A stretch of DNA of 59,975 nt, the filler included, from Sphacelaria rigidula (Eukaryota), in the NCBI GenBank assembly GCA_964200075.2. It is 5 parts of 5 records of this genome, joined end to end, with 100 filler letters (N's around TTAATTAATTAA, not from the genome) between each part and the next. Parts side by side here need not be neighbours in the genome. Positions count along the whole stretch, not along the records: positions 36,049 to 47,963 come from CAXNAA020004343.1; positions 48,064 to 59,975 come from CAXNAA020004344.1; 3 more parts are not named here. One strand, given 5' to 3'. Under the pieces are notes generated by a model that saw nothing but the letters and a program-made list of their open reading frames with translations, did no database searches and was not told where the DNA came from. This document shows, piece after piece, positions 37,609 to 49,677 of this stretch; within the stretch, counting starts at the first letter, position 1, and the number at the start of each line of letters is the position of its first letter. Made by a program: the position numbers and the translations under genes.

Positions 37609-37704
37609 AAATGTGACGCAACGCAAATCCAAGCCAGATCGTAACATGCACATCTGTGCACGTGCTCATCTCCGCTGCTGCATTATCTACTACACGCCTC
37701 TTCT
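37609..37704. repeat. 96-bp direct repeat, copy 1 (candidate split-direct-repeat B2 of the YR element)
   Basis: AAATGTGACGCAACGCAAATCCAAGCCAGA...CTACTACACGCCTCTTCT, repeated at 38972-39067. Confidence 0.85.
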
Positions 37705-37949
37705 CATTTCCTCTGAAAATCGTGTTGTGCCCAATGCCCGAAGCCTGTCCCTGCCGGTCCAACTACGGTGTGGATATCTTATTTACCCCGGTCGTGAATA
37801 CACGATGTGATCCAAACATACCCAACCATAAACATATCCGAGGGTGGATTGGGTGGGCGGGAGAAAGGAAATAATTCAAACCAATCTGCCGCACTGTCTT
37901 AACCCGTTGCGCCAAGCGTACAACCTCGAACCTCCGTGACTGACCTTAA

Positions 37950-38834
37950 CCCTTAGACAGCGACCCCCCCGCTGGTAGACTGAGGTACACTACACTTTTT
38001 GGGTTCAAAATCATTCTTTTGTCACAACTCAAAACGCTTACTCTACGGCGGAAGGGACCGGGAGTGCGTAAGAGGCACAGAGTTGCGTCATAACACAGAC
38101 GGTGGTGTGGTTGTCGACCACCTGATTATTACGCCTCATATTTTTGCTGTGCAGTCTGTAGTGTATCGTGCCGCGGCTGCACGTGCGGTCTGCAGCGTAC
38201 TGGATCTTGCAGTGTTGAACGTGCCGAGTGCACGCAACATGCGTTTGGATATCGCACCATAACTACCGCCGCGAACGCCCCTGACTACCGTAGAACAATT
38301 GCTCGGCGATGGCGGTCACCTCACCGTCGAAGTACTTGTCTACATCTACGTGCGTCGGGCACTCGTGGCCGCCGCTCGCGTGTTGCGCCATGACGTTTGA
38401 TACAAGATGGAGGTGTGGAGCTAGTAGGACGCTCAGGTAGTACTAAACAGACAGACACAGTGTACCGAAGATGCCCGAACACCTACTTTTTGATTATACA
38501 ATATATGGTTGATTTAGATTGCTCAAAATGAGTTATGAGGGTAGACGGCGAATGTGTCTACCAGCTGTCTACCTCTACCATAACAAAAGTGCTCATTTTG
38601 ACGGCCGTGATTGGTCAGAATGGTCATCCCGCGCCTCTCGGGCCTCGTGCACGGCTCATAATTTTCCGCGGGAAACTTCCAAACACATATGGTTGACTCC
38701 GTGAGCTTCTCCGATGCTCCGCGGAGTGACATCCCCCTCCTCAAAAACCACCCCCCCGAGCTGTGGAAACCTCCGGATGTCTCGGAACTGTCAGCCTGTA
38801 CAACTGTTCCGAGGCGACGCTCGTCGTCTAAGGG
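37950..38834. mobile_element. Non-autonomous piggyBac-like DNA transposon, 885 bp
   Basis: TTAA|CCCTTAGACAGCGA ... TCGTCGTCTAAGGG|TTAA: TTAA TSD and CCCT termini. Confidence 0.8.
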
Positions 38835-38971
38835 TTAATTGTTTGATTCAACCGGTCTACGACCGCCATCACATTAGCCTAGGTTGTTCATATTCGTACC
38901 CGTTCCACAAACCGCAGATCTCGCCATGCTCCGATCTTCTCTTCTCTTGAAAGTGAAATATTCCGAGTGTT

Positions 38972-39067
38972 AAATGTGACGCAACGCAAATCCAAGCCAG
39001 ACCGCAACATGCGCATCTGTGCATGGGTTAATCTCCCCTACTGCATTCTCTACTACACGCCTCTTCT
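38972..39067. repeat. 96-bp direct repeat, copy 2 (candidate B1), just downstream of the tyrosine recombinase
   Basis: Matches 37609-37704. Confidence 0.85.
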
Positions 39068-39171
39068 AAAAAATGGCCCAAAATACCCCCCCCCCTATCG
39101 TAGGATGACTCTTGACATGCCCGGATACCTCCAGCCACTACATATTCTGCCAAAGCTTTCGATACTGCTCC

Positions 39172-39549
39172 CTAGTCTTCTAAGTTGGCTCGAACGTATG
39201 TCATAAAGGCCCCACTACGCCAGCGCCCCTCTCTCTGAATCACTGCCGGCTGTGAATCTGCTGCCGCCAATCTGGTAGCTCCTCCAATTCGCCCAGATGT
39301 AATGGGTATTCTAGCAGTTGTAAACCTTGATATTGAACTAATGCTATCAAAGCGAATGTGACCTGACTCGCGTCCATACTTACTGTCCACGTTGCTCCTG
39401 AAGGGTACGCCACAAAAGATACCTCCGCGCCTAGAGTAAGGTTCATGAGCATCAATTCCAGCACTGTCTGTCTCAATTCCTCCCTGCTCCCGATAAATTA
39501 CCCACCATTTGTGGTCGCATTGTTCCCGGTTTACGAATACATCAACGCT
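39172..39549 (-). pseudogene. Tyrosine recombinase C-terminal catalytic part (H-x-x-R, W, Y)
   Basis: LH/SGRIGGAT...GRWRS.AFMTYVRAN, with a frameshift and stops. Confidence 0.88.
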
Positions 39550-39705
39550 TTCGTGAGATTTAGAGTAGAGCGCTGATTGAGAGTGGCTTCGGTAATTCGC
39601 TTTGACCTAGCCAATTTTTCCGTCGGTGTGTGCTTTTCTGCGCCTCAATTACTAGCGTGTGCTCACAGCTACACGTCGATATCCTACTCAGGGATATCAA
39701 GGGCC

Positions 39706-39963
39706 TGTAGCCTCTGCCAGACGATCTGAACAAGGGCGCTTTCAACGAGGGACCCCTCCAGTATCACTGGCCTCGTGCTTGACAAGTCCTCTCTTCTAAC
39801 TTGTTGTTTCCACGGAGTGATCCTCGACAGACCACATCAAGAACCAGATAGCAAGGAGCCACACAGATAAGGGCCATCAATCCAGGATCCCCTGTCCCCT
39901 GCCACTGCTCCAATCATGCATGCGATTATGCTGAAACCTACGGCTTAGTATCATTTGACTACA
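39706..39963 (-). repeat. 3' LTR of the Gypsy element
   Basis: TG...CA, ~90% identical to 44219-44476. Confidence 0.93.
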
Positions 39964-40041
39964 GCACCCTCAATGAGAATTCAAGACAAACGAACGAGCA
40001 TGGCAACCTACAAAGACCGAGGCGAAATCGCATGCGCCATA

Positions 40042-41450
40042 TCACAAAGAAATGCCATACTCCGACGCTAATTTACTTGTCAGCGCCCGAGCCAACCGCA
40101 TTTTACGCAGTTCCTTCAAAAAAATTTCAAGCGCAGAAGAATGAATATTGCGAAGAGACTGCAACGTACGTTCTTCAGCACCGAACCCTTCCCAATCGAC
40201 CAAACCAATTACACCACCATTGTTATCCTCAGCGACGTGCACCAAAGCATTCATCCGACATTCACCTTGAGCATACGAATGCTGAAATACATATTTTAGT
40301 TGCGCAGTGATGGGCAACTGCGAGTCAGCATAGAAACTTAAACGAGCGACATGGACCGAGTGCACGGTGCCATCAACAATGTTCTGCACCGAATACGCGT
40401 GAGCGTGATCGGCTCCGATCACTCGCCACGGAACTGTCCACGTGGACTTCAACTTTGGCGTCACACCTTGCCTGCGAACACGGGCATATAATACGAAATC
40501 GCCAACTGCAAACTTGGGTATCACAGCCAGGCCCTGAGCAAGCTTGCGTTTGGTTTCGCGAGACACCGCGACAGCAGCTTGCACTCCGGTACAAAACCGT
40601 ACGTGCTCGTCAACCACGCCTCGAACCTTGTCACGCGACGAATCAGCATCCATGACATCGACGTTCCACCCGCCGCCAGTGACCGAAGCCAGCGCGGGAA
40701 ACGCCGCGCGCGGCGCACGCCCAAATTTCACACAATACGGAGTGTTACGGTAGCGTTCACGAAAAGAAGTATTCAACGCCCACTGAGCGGCTGGCAAAAC
40801 ATCAATCCATACAGACACCGGCCGTCTATGTTCCGACAAAATGGACCGCAACGCACGAATACCCTCATTCATCATGGGTTCAGAAGCACCATTCGACCAA
40901 GGGGTATACGCAACAGCAAATTGGTGTTGAACCTTGAGCGCGTCGCTCAGCTGCGCGATCACTCGATTCTAGAAGTGCGTGGCGGTATCACTAACCCAAA
41001 CACGCGGCACCCCCAAAGTCTTGCACCAATGGAGCAAATTGCTTAGCCGTAACCTCGGCGGTGCAGCCTCGGCCGGCTCCAACCAAACGAAATTGGACAA
41101 ATCATCCATGATAACCAAATTGTATCAAAAACCATCCTCATCAGGCAAACCATCAACACCTTCAGGTCCGCTACTACCTCCGACGTACAGAAAACCAAAG
41201 TGAACAACTTCAGCTGGCGCAGTACCATGCACAGTATCGCCATACGGACGAGGTACACTCGCACCAGCACGAGTATCTACACATCGCAAACACTGGCGCA
41301 CGAAATCGCGAACGTGGGAATCCATGTGAGGCCACACACAGTATTCTTTCAAACGAAACAGAGTCGGCACCACACCACGGTGACCGGCCGACCGCATGTG
41401 AGCGCACACCATCAGGCGAGTTTGTAGAGCCTCATTCATCATCCGACGGA
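40042..41450 (-). pseudogene. pol: Gypsy pol: integrase with HHCC finger, GPY/F-like motif and C-terminal chromodomain
   Basis: AHMRSAGHRG...CLRC, YTPWSNGASE, KLKSTWTVPWRV, LVDWEGFGAEERTLQ. Confidence 0.9.
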
Positions 41451-41563
41451 ATCCATAGAACAACACTACTGCCAACACGCACGCGAAACGAACCATCGTC
41501 AGCCGAAGCAGCTTGACCGAAAGTCGTAGGAAGAGAATGAACACCTCCGCCGACTGTTCTGCA

Positions 41564-42807
41564 CTACGCGGGACGAATGACATCTAACGAGGGCAGTGAA
41601 TCATCGACATCACACGGGCTGTACACGGCAACAGAACGAACAGGCACTGTAGGAACCTTCACCCAGCGAGACAACAAATCTCCCCAACAACTGCGCTCTC
41701 CAGGAATGTGTTCAATGGCATACCGATATTGGCCGAGCACACGTTTCCAATTTTCAAGCCGTTGTGCCATGGCCTTCGTCACCGATGTGACGCACTCTTC
41801 GGCGTTAAAAATGTATTCCAGGTTGCGATGATCGGTGAAAATGCGAACACCACCCCAAAGCAAGTACTCTAGCCTTCAAAATGTACTGACTTTCTCGAAA
41901 CCTTCTTTGTCCACTGTCGCCCACCGCAACTGTACACCCTTGAAACTACCACTCAGAAAAGCCAACGCTTCGTGTGACATGTTTTCGAGCGCAATGCCAC
42001 TACTAAACTCTGCGACAGGCACTTGCGTCAAGAAACTACCCCAGTGAAACTCCAAAGTATCTGGAAACCTGAGAACAACGCACCCTGGGCGAGGATGATA
42101 CAGCGGCACCGCTTGCGCCACCAAATCTTGCGCAGCATGCCATGCTCGCACACGATACTCCGTCCAAGCGTCCCCCGGGATGGTACGATTACGCGTCACC
42201 CGCTTGGTCAGACGCGAAGCCCCGACCATAAGTTGTTCCAGAAATACTCGAAGCGGCGCAACTACTTCCGCCATGCGCGGGAGCGAAGTCCGCGACCAAT
42301 TCACCGCTTGCAGAAACTGCATCAGCTCACTAGCGGTTTGAGGACGTCGCATATTGCTCAAACCTTAGATGCGGACGGGATCATGCGAAACAGTACCCTG
42401 GGAGTACACCTTACCACACCAAACCACTTCGCGGGCACAACAATACACTTATGCGCAGCGGCGAACAGACCAACCCTCTCCAAGCGGCCAAGAATTTCGT
42501 CAAGCAAAGCTAACACTGCTTCTTCGGTTTCAGCAAAATAGAAAACGTTATCCAGCCACACTTTACAATCTAGACCTCGCAAAATGTCAGTCAGCACACC
42601 TTGGAAAAACGCCGTGGCGTTTAACACGCCCTGCGGGACACGAGTGGGCGTAAACAAACCGTCAGGCATGACGATCGTGAAGATCTCCCGAGCCTCCGGC
42701 GCCAGAGGCATCTGCCAATACCCCTGTAGCAGGTCCAACTTGCCGAAGCATTGGGCTCCCAGCAACTCCCGCATGTCTTCTTGGCTTGGCATCACCCCAA
42801 GAGTCAC
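41564..42807 (-). pseudogene. pol: Gypsy pol: reverse transcriptase and RNase H (frameshifted)
   Basis: FGKLDLLQGYWQMPL, PTRVPQGVLNA, WLDN (decayed catalytic xxDD), HWGSFLTQV, FTDHRNL, WGDLLSRW. Confidence 0.92.
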
Positions 42808-43025
42808 CTGACGCTAGGGCTGCCCTCCAGCACTTGACATCGATAGTTGAGAATCGTCGGTGCAACCAGACCAAGTCGCCGAATATGCAGACGGCGCTGT
42901 TATAGCCGTCGCAGCAGTAGAAGATGCACCAGACGCGTACCCTGCCTGGCCGAGGGGTTGCGAACTATTCGCTCCAGCACTCCCCACCGAAGTATTTGCA
43001 TTTCTCACGTACACTGTCCGCCCTG

Positions 43026-44044
43026 CTACAGACGAACCATGAGATCCAGAGTCACCACCTGATAACGTAGTGGAAGAAAAAGCAGCGGAGGAACCATCAT
43101 CTGCCACCGATTGCGTGCTACCGCGGCCGCCGCGCCCGCGTCTCCAGTTGGCACGGCCCCATCCACCGTGACGCCTCGACATCCTAATGAATCTCGCGCA
43201 TGGTGCTGAGCAGCGCCTTGAGCGCGAGGCTCGGGGAAATCCTTGATCAGATGTCCGCTGTCGCCGCAGTTGTAACACGCGCGAGTGGATGACGCTCGCG
43301 AAGACGGCTGCCGTCTCTGTTGCTGTTGCTGTTTGTGGCGCGCACCACCTGCAATTGTTGCAGAATCGCGCCGGCTATGCGCTGCAAGGAACTTACACTG
43401 GTCGGCGGCACCAAATACTTGTCGAACACCACCGTCGGATTCTTTTTCCATCCGTCTACATACGTTAGTACGCTTCTAACAAACGCCTCGAGTTCCGGAG
43501 GCGAAATCCCGTCCACCAAAGCTATGGAAACCGACTCGGCCGGGCCTGGCAACCAGCTCCTGTCCTCCGCACGGTACATGGCTTGCACCGTGAGGGTTTC
43601 TGCGAAATACGCTTCCATCGATGAACTGACTATGATCGCACGGTCCTTCAGGGATTTTCCACCGCTTTGTGGTATAGTGAGAACTCTACGTAGGTCTGCT
43701 GCAGCCCGCGTAGTGTCATGCTTGCCGCCGGTTGTGGTGTACCCGGCATGCTGCTCCACAGCATCTAGCAATTCTTCGGGGGTCATAGCCCGACGGTCCT
43801 TGTACATATCTTGGAAGCACCGATGAATATAGGCAGGGATGAGTTGTTCGATGCTCACTCTCCAATGCCGTATGACTCCTGTTGCATTGGCCAAATATAA
43901 CCTCTCTATGTAATCAAGATATTTGGCATAGAAAATTCTTGACGCTTTTTCGTTCCACACTTCGCCATACTTTGGCTGCTCTAGTGGCCCACCTAACACC
44001 AGCGGCGCTGCGCCGCTTGAGCCATATCGACCAGATTTCAACAC
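43026..44044 (-). pseudogene. gag: Gypsy gag (frameshifted) with decayed zinc knuckle
   Basis: 265-aa ORF followed in a shifted frame by CYNCGDSGHLIKDF (CX2CX4HX4C, last C mutated). Confidence 0.8.
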
Positions 44045-44218
44045 TTCACTGAGAGACTCTTGCCTGACTTGTGCGTCCTCCAGCCCACGGAGCGTCCCCC
44101 ACTGCTGCGCGCTTTAAGTTGGTCTCTCTGTCTGCGGGCTAAACTGGCTTCCAGCTGTGGCCCATTTTTCTCCTCAGCCAAACTCATCGACCAGAGTGCC
44201 GGGAGAATATCTAGATAT

Positions 44219-44476
44219 TTTAGCGTCTGCCAGACGACCTGGACAAGGGCGCTTTCAACGAGGGACCCCTCCAGTATCACTAGCCTCGTGCTCTACAAGT
44301 CCTTTCTTCTAACTTGTTATTATCACGGAGTGATCCTCAACAGACCACATCAAGAGCCAGACAGCAAGGGGCCACACAGATAAGGATCATCAATTCAGGA
44401 TCCCCTCTCCCCTGTCACTGCTCCAATCATGCATGCGATGATACTGAAACCTATGTCTTGGTATCATTTGGCTACA
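44219..44476 (-). repeat. 5' LTR of the Gypsy element
   Basis: ~90% identical to 39706-39963. Confidence 0.93.
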
Positions 44477-46217
44477 GGCCTCAGTGGCAAGCTACTAAAG
44501 AAAGCATATCGGGCCTCGTGGAGAGGCATTTCGGAACTGAAACGACTCACTCACTAACTGACCGCTCCTCACTCTCGATCGTATCCTCTACTCTCAATCT
44601 CACGACAACATTGTTATGCGTGATCTGAGCAGCACCGCCCCTTTCCGACCTTGACCGCCTTTGCTTGCTCTAAGTCGAAATTCTACGCAATCCGCGTGGT
44701 GCCATAGCCTATCGATTGCGATCGACAGTTTACTTCCCCTTGCATAATATAGGTACGCCAATACTTCGCCCAGCTCCATAGCAATCGCTTCTGCTCGTTC
44801 TGATATATCTATGAACAGGGGTTTGCCCAGCGCTAAACTGCGCCGCTGCCTCCACATCTTAAAAGCTCCTTCGTAAGTGACCATAGACGGTTCTGTAATT
44901 CCGACACGTTGGAGAACCGTCGCAAGACTTCCGAATGTAGTGTCGCACCCTGCGTGTCCAATTTCGCCTCCTGCCATTGAGTGTGCGGGGATATATTCCG
45001 TGCAAGTGATGTGGGATATCGTGACGTGGCCAACGAGATATTCCGTCGGCAATTACGTTGTCGGCACCCGCAATGTAATGTGCCTGGTGGCACCAACCCC
45101 CCTTAATTTCGAGTAACCCTAGAATAAGCATCAGAGCTGCTGCTCTTGTGACGGTCGTGCCTCCGCAACGATTGATCCAACGAATAGCCCCGGTGTTATC
45201 GCCCAGAAAATGTACCGGATCGTTTTCGTCGAGGGTCCGATCGCCCGCTATAACCAGCACTACCCACGCTGTAAATACCATGCCTGCCAACTCTAAAATG
45301 TTTATGTTGGGTGCGTTATTGGGTTCTATGCCGGTTGCTCCTGTCGTACGGCTGAGTTGTTCCGTGGTTAAATCGAGCCCCAACCATAAACCCAACGTCA
45401 AACAGTATCCCCCTATTGCCTGCAATGTGGCGTCAGACACCCAGTCACCAGTCACCGGACGTGTAATATGGTTGGATGTCGGTGAATAGAGGAAAGTCCC
45501 CGACTTCAGGGCGATTTGGGCAATTGCCCACTTCCACCAGTTCAGGTCTGCGCGGAATTCTGAGGTGAGTTATACGCTAGACGAGCATTGTTTGAGTGGA
45601 CTATTGCAATCCTCGAATCGTCGTTGATCAAGACCCGCCATCTTGGTCAAGCGCCAAACGAAAAAATTGCCTGCGCGTACTACCGTACAGAAATGTCGGA
45701 GAGACCCAGCCAGACTTAAAACATGCCTCACTGATGCAACCTTAAGCAACTGTGGCCACTCTGCTAGAATATCTCGTATTTCGTCTATTTCCCTACTCGG
45801 TATCGACATTGCATTGATTGCGTGTCAGTTGAAAAACCCAGCACGGTCATCACTGTGTTCCACTCCGTAAGTTTCTTGGCGGATAGAATCGGTGAGTTGA
45901 TGCTACGGTGGAAACGTAACATGCGTAAATGGTCTAATATCGCCGACTGTGAAGCCAGTAGCAGTCGTGACACGTTCCCGTTGAACAACGCTTCGATTTG
46001 GATTATGTCATCCACGTAGGTTTCATAAAATAAGTCGTCCCCCCCCCCCCCCCCCCCCCCCCAACACAGAAAACAACCTGTTGCATCTCTCTCTCGATGG
46101 AAAAAAAAAACAGGACGAANNNNNNNNNNGTGACACGTTCCCTTTGAAAAACGGTTCGATTTGGATTAAGGTAACCACGGAGGTTTTATAAAAAAAGGCG
46201 CCCCCCCCCCCCCCCCT

Positions 46218-46765
46218 TCAAAGAGATTGCCAGCTATAGTTGACAGGGCTGTATGGAAAAAAAGTACGAAAGGATAGGCTGGAATAAGGTGGGATACAAA
46301 AGTCGAGAAAATGTAGAAGGAGATAGGAGCAAACCAAGACGAAATTATGTCTATAGATGAGGACATGGAGTATAAGACAAACGTTTGAGACATGATAGAA
46401 ATAAGCGGGAAAAGGAGCGCTCAGACACAAAGTAGGCGAGGAAGAACACCTGGAAATATACGGGTGGTTGAGAGAGGGGATAGGGATGAAAGCATGTTTG
46501 CATGGGCCAATGGACGCTGCAAAAAATATGAAACTGCGATTTCGGGTGGGGGACCTAGATCTGCCAGAAACAAGAACGAGACATACCAGTCGTCGGAAGG
46601 AGGAGGAAGTAGATGGACAGAACTGCCTCTTTGACAAAGGAATACAGAGCAGAAGTCATATAGTGGCAGAATGTGAACTATACAAGGAGGAACGGGACGT
46701 GCTAGAGGGGGAAATGCGGGACGTGAGCAAAGGTGGCATGCAATCGTTTGATGCATTCGACAGTT
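46218..46765 (+). mobile_element. Non-LTR retrotransposon ORF2 C-terminal fragment inserted in the YR element RT
   Basis: LREGIGMKACLHGPMDAAKNMKLRFRVGDLDLPE...NC...SRSHIVAECELYKEER: decayed C-terminal CCHC of LINE ORF2, opposite strand to the host. Confidence 0.8.
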
Positions 46766-47963
46766 GGGGGCGCGAATCGGGGGGGTGTTAGCCTCCGAAT
46801 TTTGTCAGGCCGTTCGACGGAATTTCATCGATCAAAGACAAGTCATCCTCGTTTCCATCTTCCATGTGGATACACTTGACTAAACACAACACCATTAGAG
46901 CGAGCAAATCGTGCGTTTAAGCGACGCCCTCCCCGTTAAGGCGCTACATACACGTCCACACCCATGACACACACTGCAAGATGACCTCCTTTTTCCCTGA
47001 CTCTCGTAGCGTTCGCTGAAACTCTGCAATAAAATACTTTTCGCCGACTGGTGTGCCGAGCGTGGGACGTTCCCGGAAAGCGAGGTCATCAGAACATGTA
47101 TTGTGATTTGAACCACACAACGCAAAAAACAGCGCTCGAATCGCACTCGTGGTCGACGAGAGCGTCCCTGATTTAGGCGGCCTATCGATGGACTCTCCCC
47201 AACAAACCACCGTCCCCGACAAGAGCAAATGAGCAGAAAACACTCAGACGGGACGGTGGGAGCATGAAGGGAGGAGAGGTCTGAGTCGGAGTAACGTTTT
47301 CGGTTCCGTAAAGGTATATTCGTGGGTAATGCACTCCGACAAGTTAGTAACACTGAACAGAGAAGCGTTGCTGCCTGTATACCCAGCCGCTCTGGGGACC
47401 CACGTACGGGAGCGTGGTGTGTACTGGAACAGACAACATCATGGTGACTGTCTTGTGCTCTTCTCTTCCCTGGTTATGTAAAGTCCACCTTTACCGCCAC
47501 ATGTGGCCTGCCGGCTGTACATAATCTCTGCGCTGCCATGAAGATTCAGTGTTGTGTTCACATATTCTGACTTGGCATGATTTGACTCGAGATATGAACG
47601 GGACCCAGATTGCCCACAGTGAAGGCCCAACGGTTCACGTGCATAGCTGGGGGCAGGACGGGTGCACTCTCTTGATAGGTTTCTTGCAATCTGGTCCATG
47701 GTGATACCCATTGTCAATGGGAGCAGTGGGAAGGAACGCACGGAGGGAGAGAGAGGAGACAACACTCTGCTGAACTGGACTGTACTGCATTGCCCTGTAT
47801 TGTACTATTGTGCCTCGTTCGGCTTTGCCCATCTCTATATAACCACCCTCAGGGCGAGCCTCTGTTGTGCATTGGCACAATTTTGACTTGAAAGATGAGT
47901 GCAAGATACAGATTACCCACCGTGGAGGTCCGAGGGTTCAATTCCAGAGCTAGGGGCAGGACG

Positions 47964-48063
47964 NNNNNNNNNNNNNNNNNNNNNNNNNNNNNNNNNNNNN
48001 NNNNNNNTTAATTAATTAANNNNNNNNNNNNNNNNNNNNNNNNNNNNNNNNNNNNNNNNNNNN
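47964..48063. other. Artificial 100-nt contig spacer
   Basis: Same N-TTAATTAATTAA-N linker. Confidence 0.97.
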
Positions 48064-48128
48064 AAAATGATGCCGATTCACAAAGATTCACAAAACAAGA
48101 ATCAGCACTTTAGTTCCCAAAGGGTTAA
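48064..48128. mobile_element. Right end of piggyBac-like MITE (family of 18500-18618)
   Basis: AAAATGATGCCGATTCACAAA...GTTCCCAAAGGG|TTAA. Confidence 0.65.
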
Positions 48129-49320
48129 AAGGGGAGGAGGTACAGTGGTGCATTCACATCATCACTCCCCCTTGCTTTTCTTGCAAAAATGACACTTCAA
48201 AACCAGCGAAAACAGGCCCAGGGAACCAGAAAACCGCTTGTTTGGCCATTTCCCGAGCATCGATGAACACATCGATATCCATGTTTTTTCATCGGTATTC
48301 GAAAAAATCGTATCGAACTATTTATTCCGTTAGATTCTCAACACTGATGCGCCCCCAAAACACCACATCAACCCAACTACTTGACATTTCGGTTGGCACC
48401 CACAAGAGTCATTATCCACGAATATATGACGTTCTCAAGACGGGAGCACATGCTAAATCCCATTCATAGTTTGCCGCAGCCGAAGTCTTCGGGGTGGCAT
48501 TTTTTTTTCTTCCCCCGGCCATGTATGAACTCTTCCGGGCCGGACGCGCAGCGCCCTGGCGGTCGACATGGACACTGGAGCCAAGTTGATGGAGCCGAAG
48601 CTCGTAAGAGTAGGGCGTAGTGTGCACTGCGCCAAGTTGATGGGGTTTTAGCAGGTTCGACCCCCACACTGCCTTGAGCAAAGCTTTCCGAACGCTCGAG
48701 GCGCATACCCCACATGACTACCGCGAGGCGGTCTAGCTGAGCTCCCGGGTAATCGGCGTCCGAACCCGTTCGCGGGGCATGCGTTGGGTCAGGTTTCCTC
48801 CTTCCTTCGAGGGGAAAAAAAAAAAAATGGAGCCAGTTGGTGATTCGAAACCCAGCGAATACGTTTCTTCTCAGGGGTATGGAACCTACGTCGTTGAAAG
48901 CGTGACGACGTACGTGAATAGGAAAAGAAATTTTGACGGGTCAACACGGGGTGCAGCACGTGTGCTGACACACTCCGCGAGACCAAAAATATCAGGCAGG
49001 TACAGGGAGAGATCTGGTTTAATACGCCTTGAGAGCACGGATTCTTCTCCAGAAAGTCTCGAGGAGGCGGAAAAGTTTAGCAAGTAAAACGCAAAAAGAG
49101 GACGTGCCACCCCACCGAAACCCGTAATAATGGGAGATGACAATTAGTGTGGAAAAATTCGGCCTGTGGCTACTCGTATACCGTCTTGGTACTGACTCAT
49201 GACCACCTGTATTGAGCGTGTTTGCTTCCGGACTTCACCATCGCCAACGGAGGTCAGTTCACCACTTGGGATGGTGAGAAATATCTCAGACACTTATAAC
49301 TTCGAACAAACTATAACACC

Positions 49321-49347
49321 AACACTAACCCTAACCCTAACCCCAAC
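49321..49347. repeat. Short interstitial telomere-like (CCCTAA)n tract
   Basis: AACACTAACCCTAACCCTAACCCCAAC. Confidence 0.6.
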
Positions 49348-49677
49348 AAAGGCACACCGAGAACCCTCGGGCGAGGGGGTGCAGAATGTTACGTAGGCAA
49401 AGGGTGCGTTGCCAGACCTCAAATCGGCGCCCCAGGCGCCGATTTCGACCAAAACGCGTTCTGCGCAAGCTAGGAGCACACTTGGAGCGTAGCCCCATTA
49501 AAGATTCGGATCTTTGCTGTTCACACTAAAAATCTAGTCGAACTATCTGAGAATTTTCTCAACATCCCAAGTAGTAAACTCTACTACGCCAACGGTATAT
49601 GCGACCCCAGGTGGCAGTTTCTTGGAACCCGAAGGGTCATCCTCCGGAGGTAGTATTCGGGGGGTGATATTCCACGT

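Larger units (their letters stand above)
39706..44476 (-). mobile_element. Ty3/Gypsy chromodomain LTR retrotransposon, internally deleted and decayed
   Basis: 258-bp LTRs at 39706-39963 and 44219-44476 (TGTAGCC...GGCTACA, about 26 differences), GGCC TSD, gag-RT-RNaseH-integrase-chromodomain order. Confidence 0.95.
39550..44607. mobile_element. Solo-LTR-like element (~280 bp: 39550-39705 plus 44481-44607) split by the Gypsy insertion
   Basis: Inverted termini T(G)TCGTGAGATTxAGAGTAGAG ... CTCTACTCTCAATCTCACGACA; imperfect 5-bp TSD ACGCT/ACATT; removing it restores the YR reading frame. Confidence 0.6.
39095..47400 (-). mobile_element. Degenerate tyrosine-recombinase (DIRS/Ngaro-type) retrotransposon, split by nested insertions
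   Basis: RT (FYETYVDDIIQIE, PILSAKKLTEW..VLG, ~46040-45800); RNase H (SDAT..AIGG, INILEL, GDNTGA, YIAGADNVIADGISRW, 45455-45000); YR N-part (44950-44608, RASKGGQGRKGAVL); YR C-part (39549-39172, EYPLH/SGRIGGATRLAAA..IQREGRWRSGAFMTYVR). Outer boundaries approximate; gag not seen. Confidence 0.88.

Noticed and set aside
45967-46217. Apparent duplication of the RT YVDD segment
   Set aside because: The second copy (46130-46200) is a degraded echo between a 10-N gap and poly-C; assembly artefact
48600-48860. tRNA-like B-box motifs (GGTTCGA, TTCGAATC), also at ~7062-7090 and ~47922-47945
   Set aside because: No convincing cloverleaf; probably decayed SINE heads, too weak to annotate
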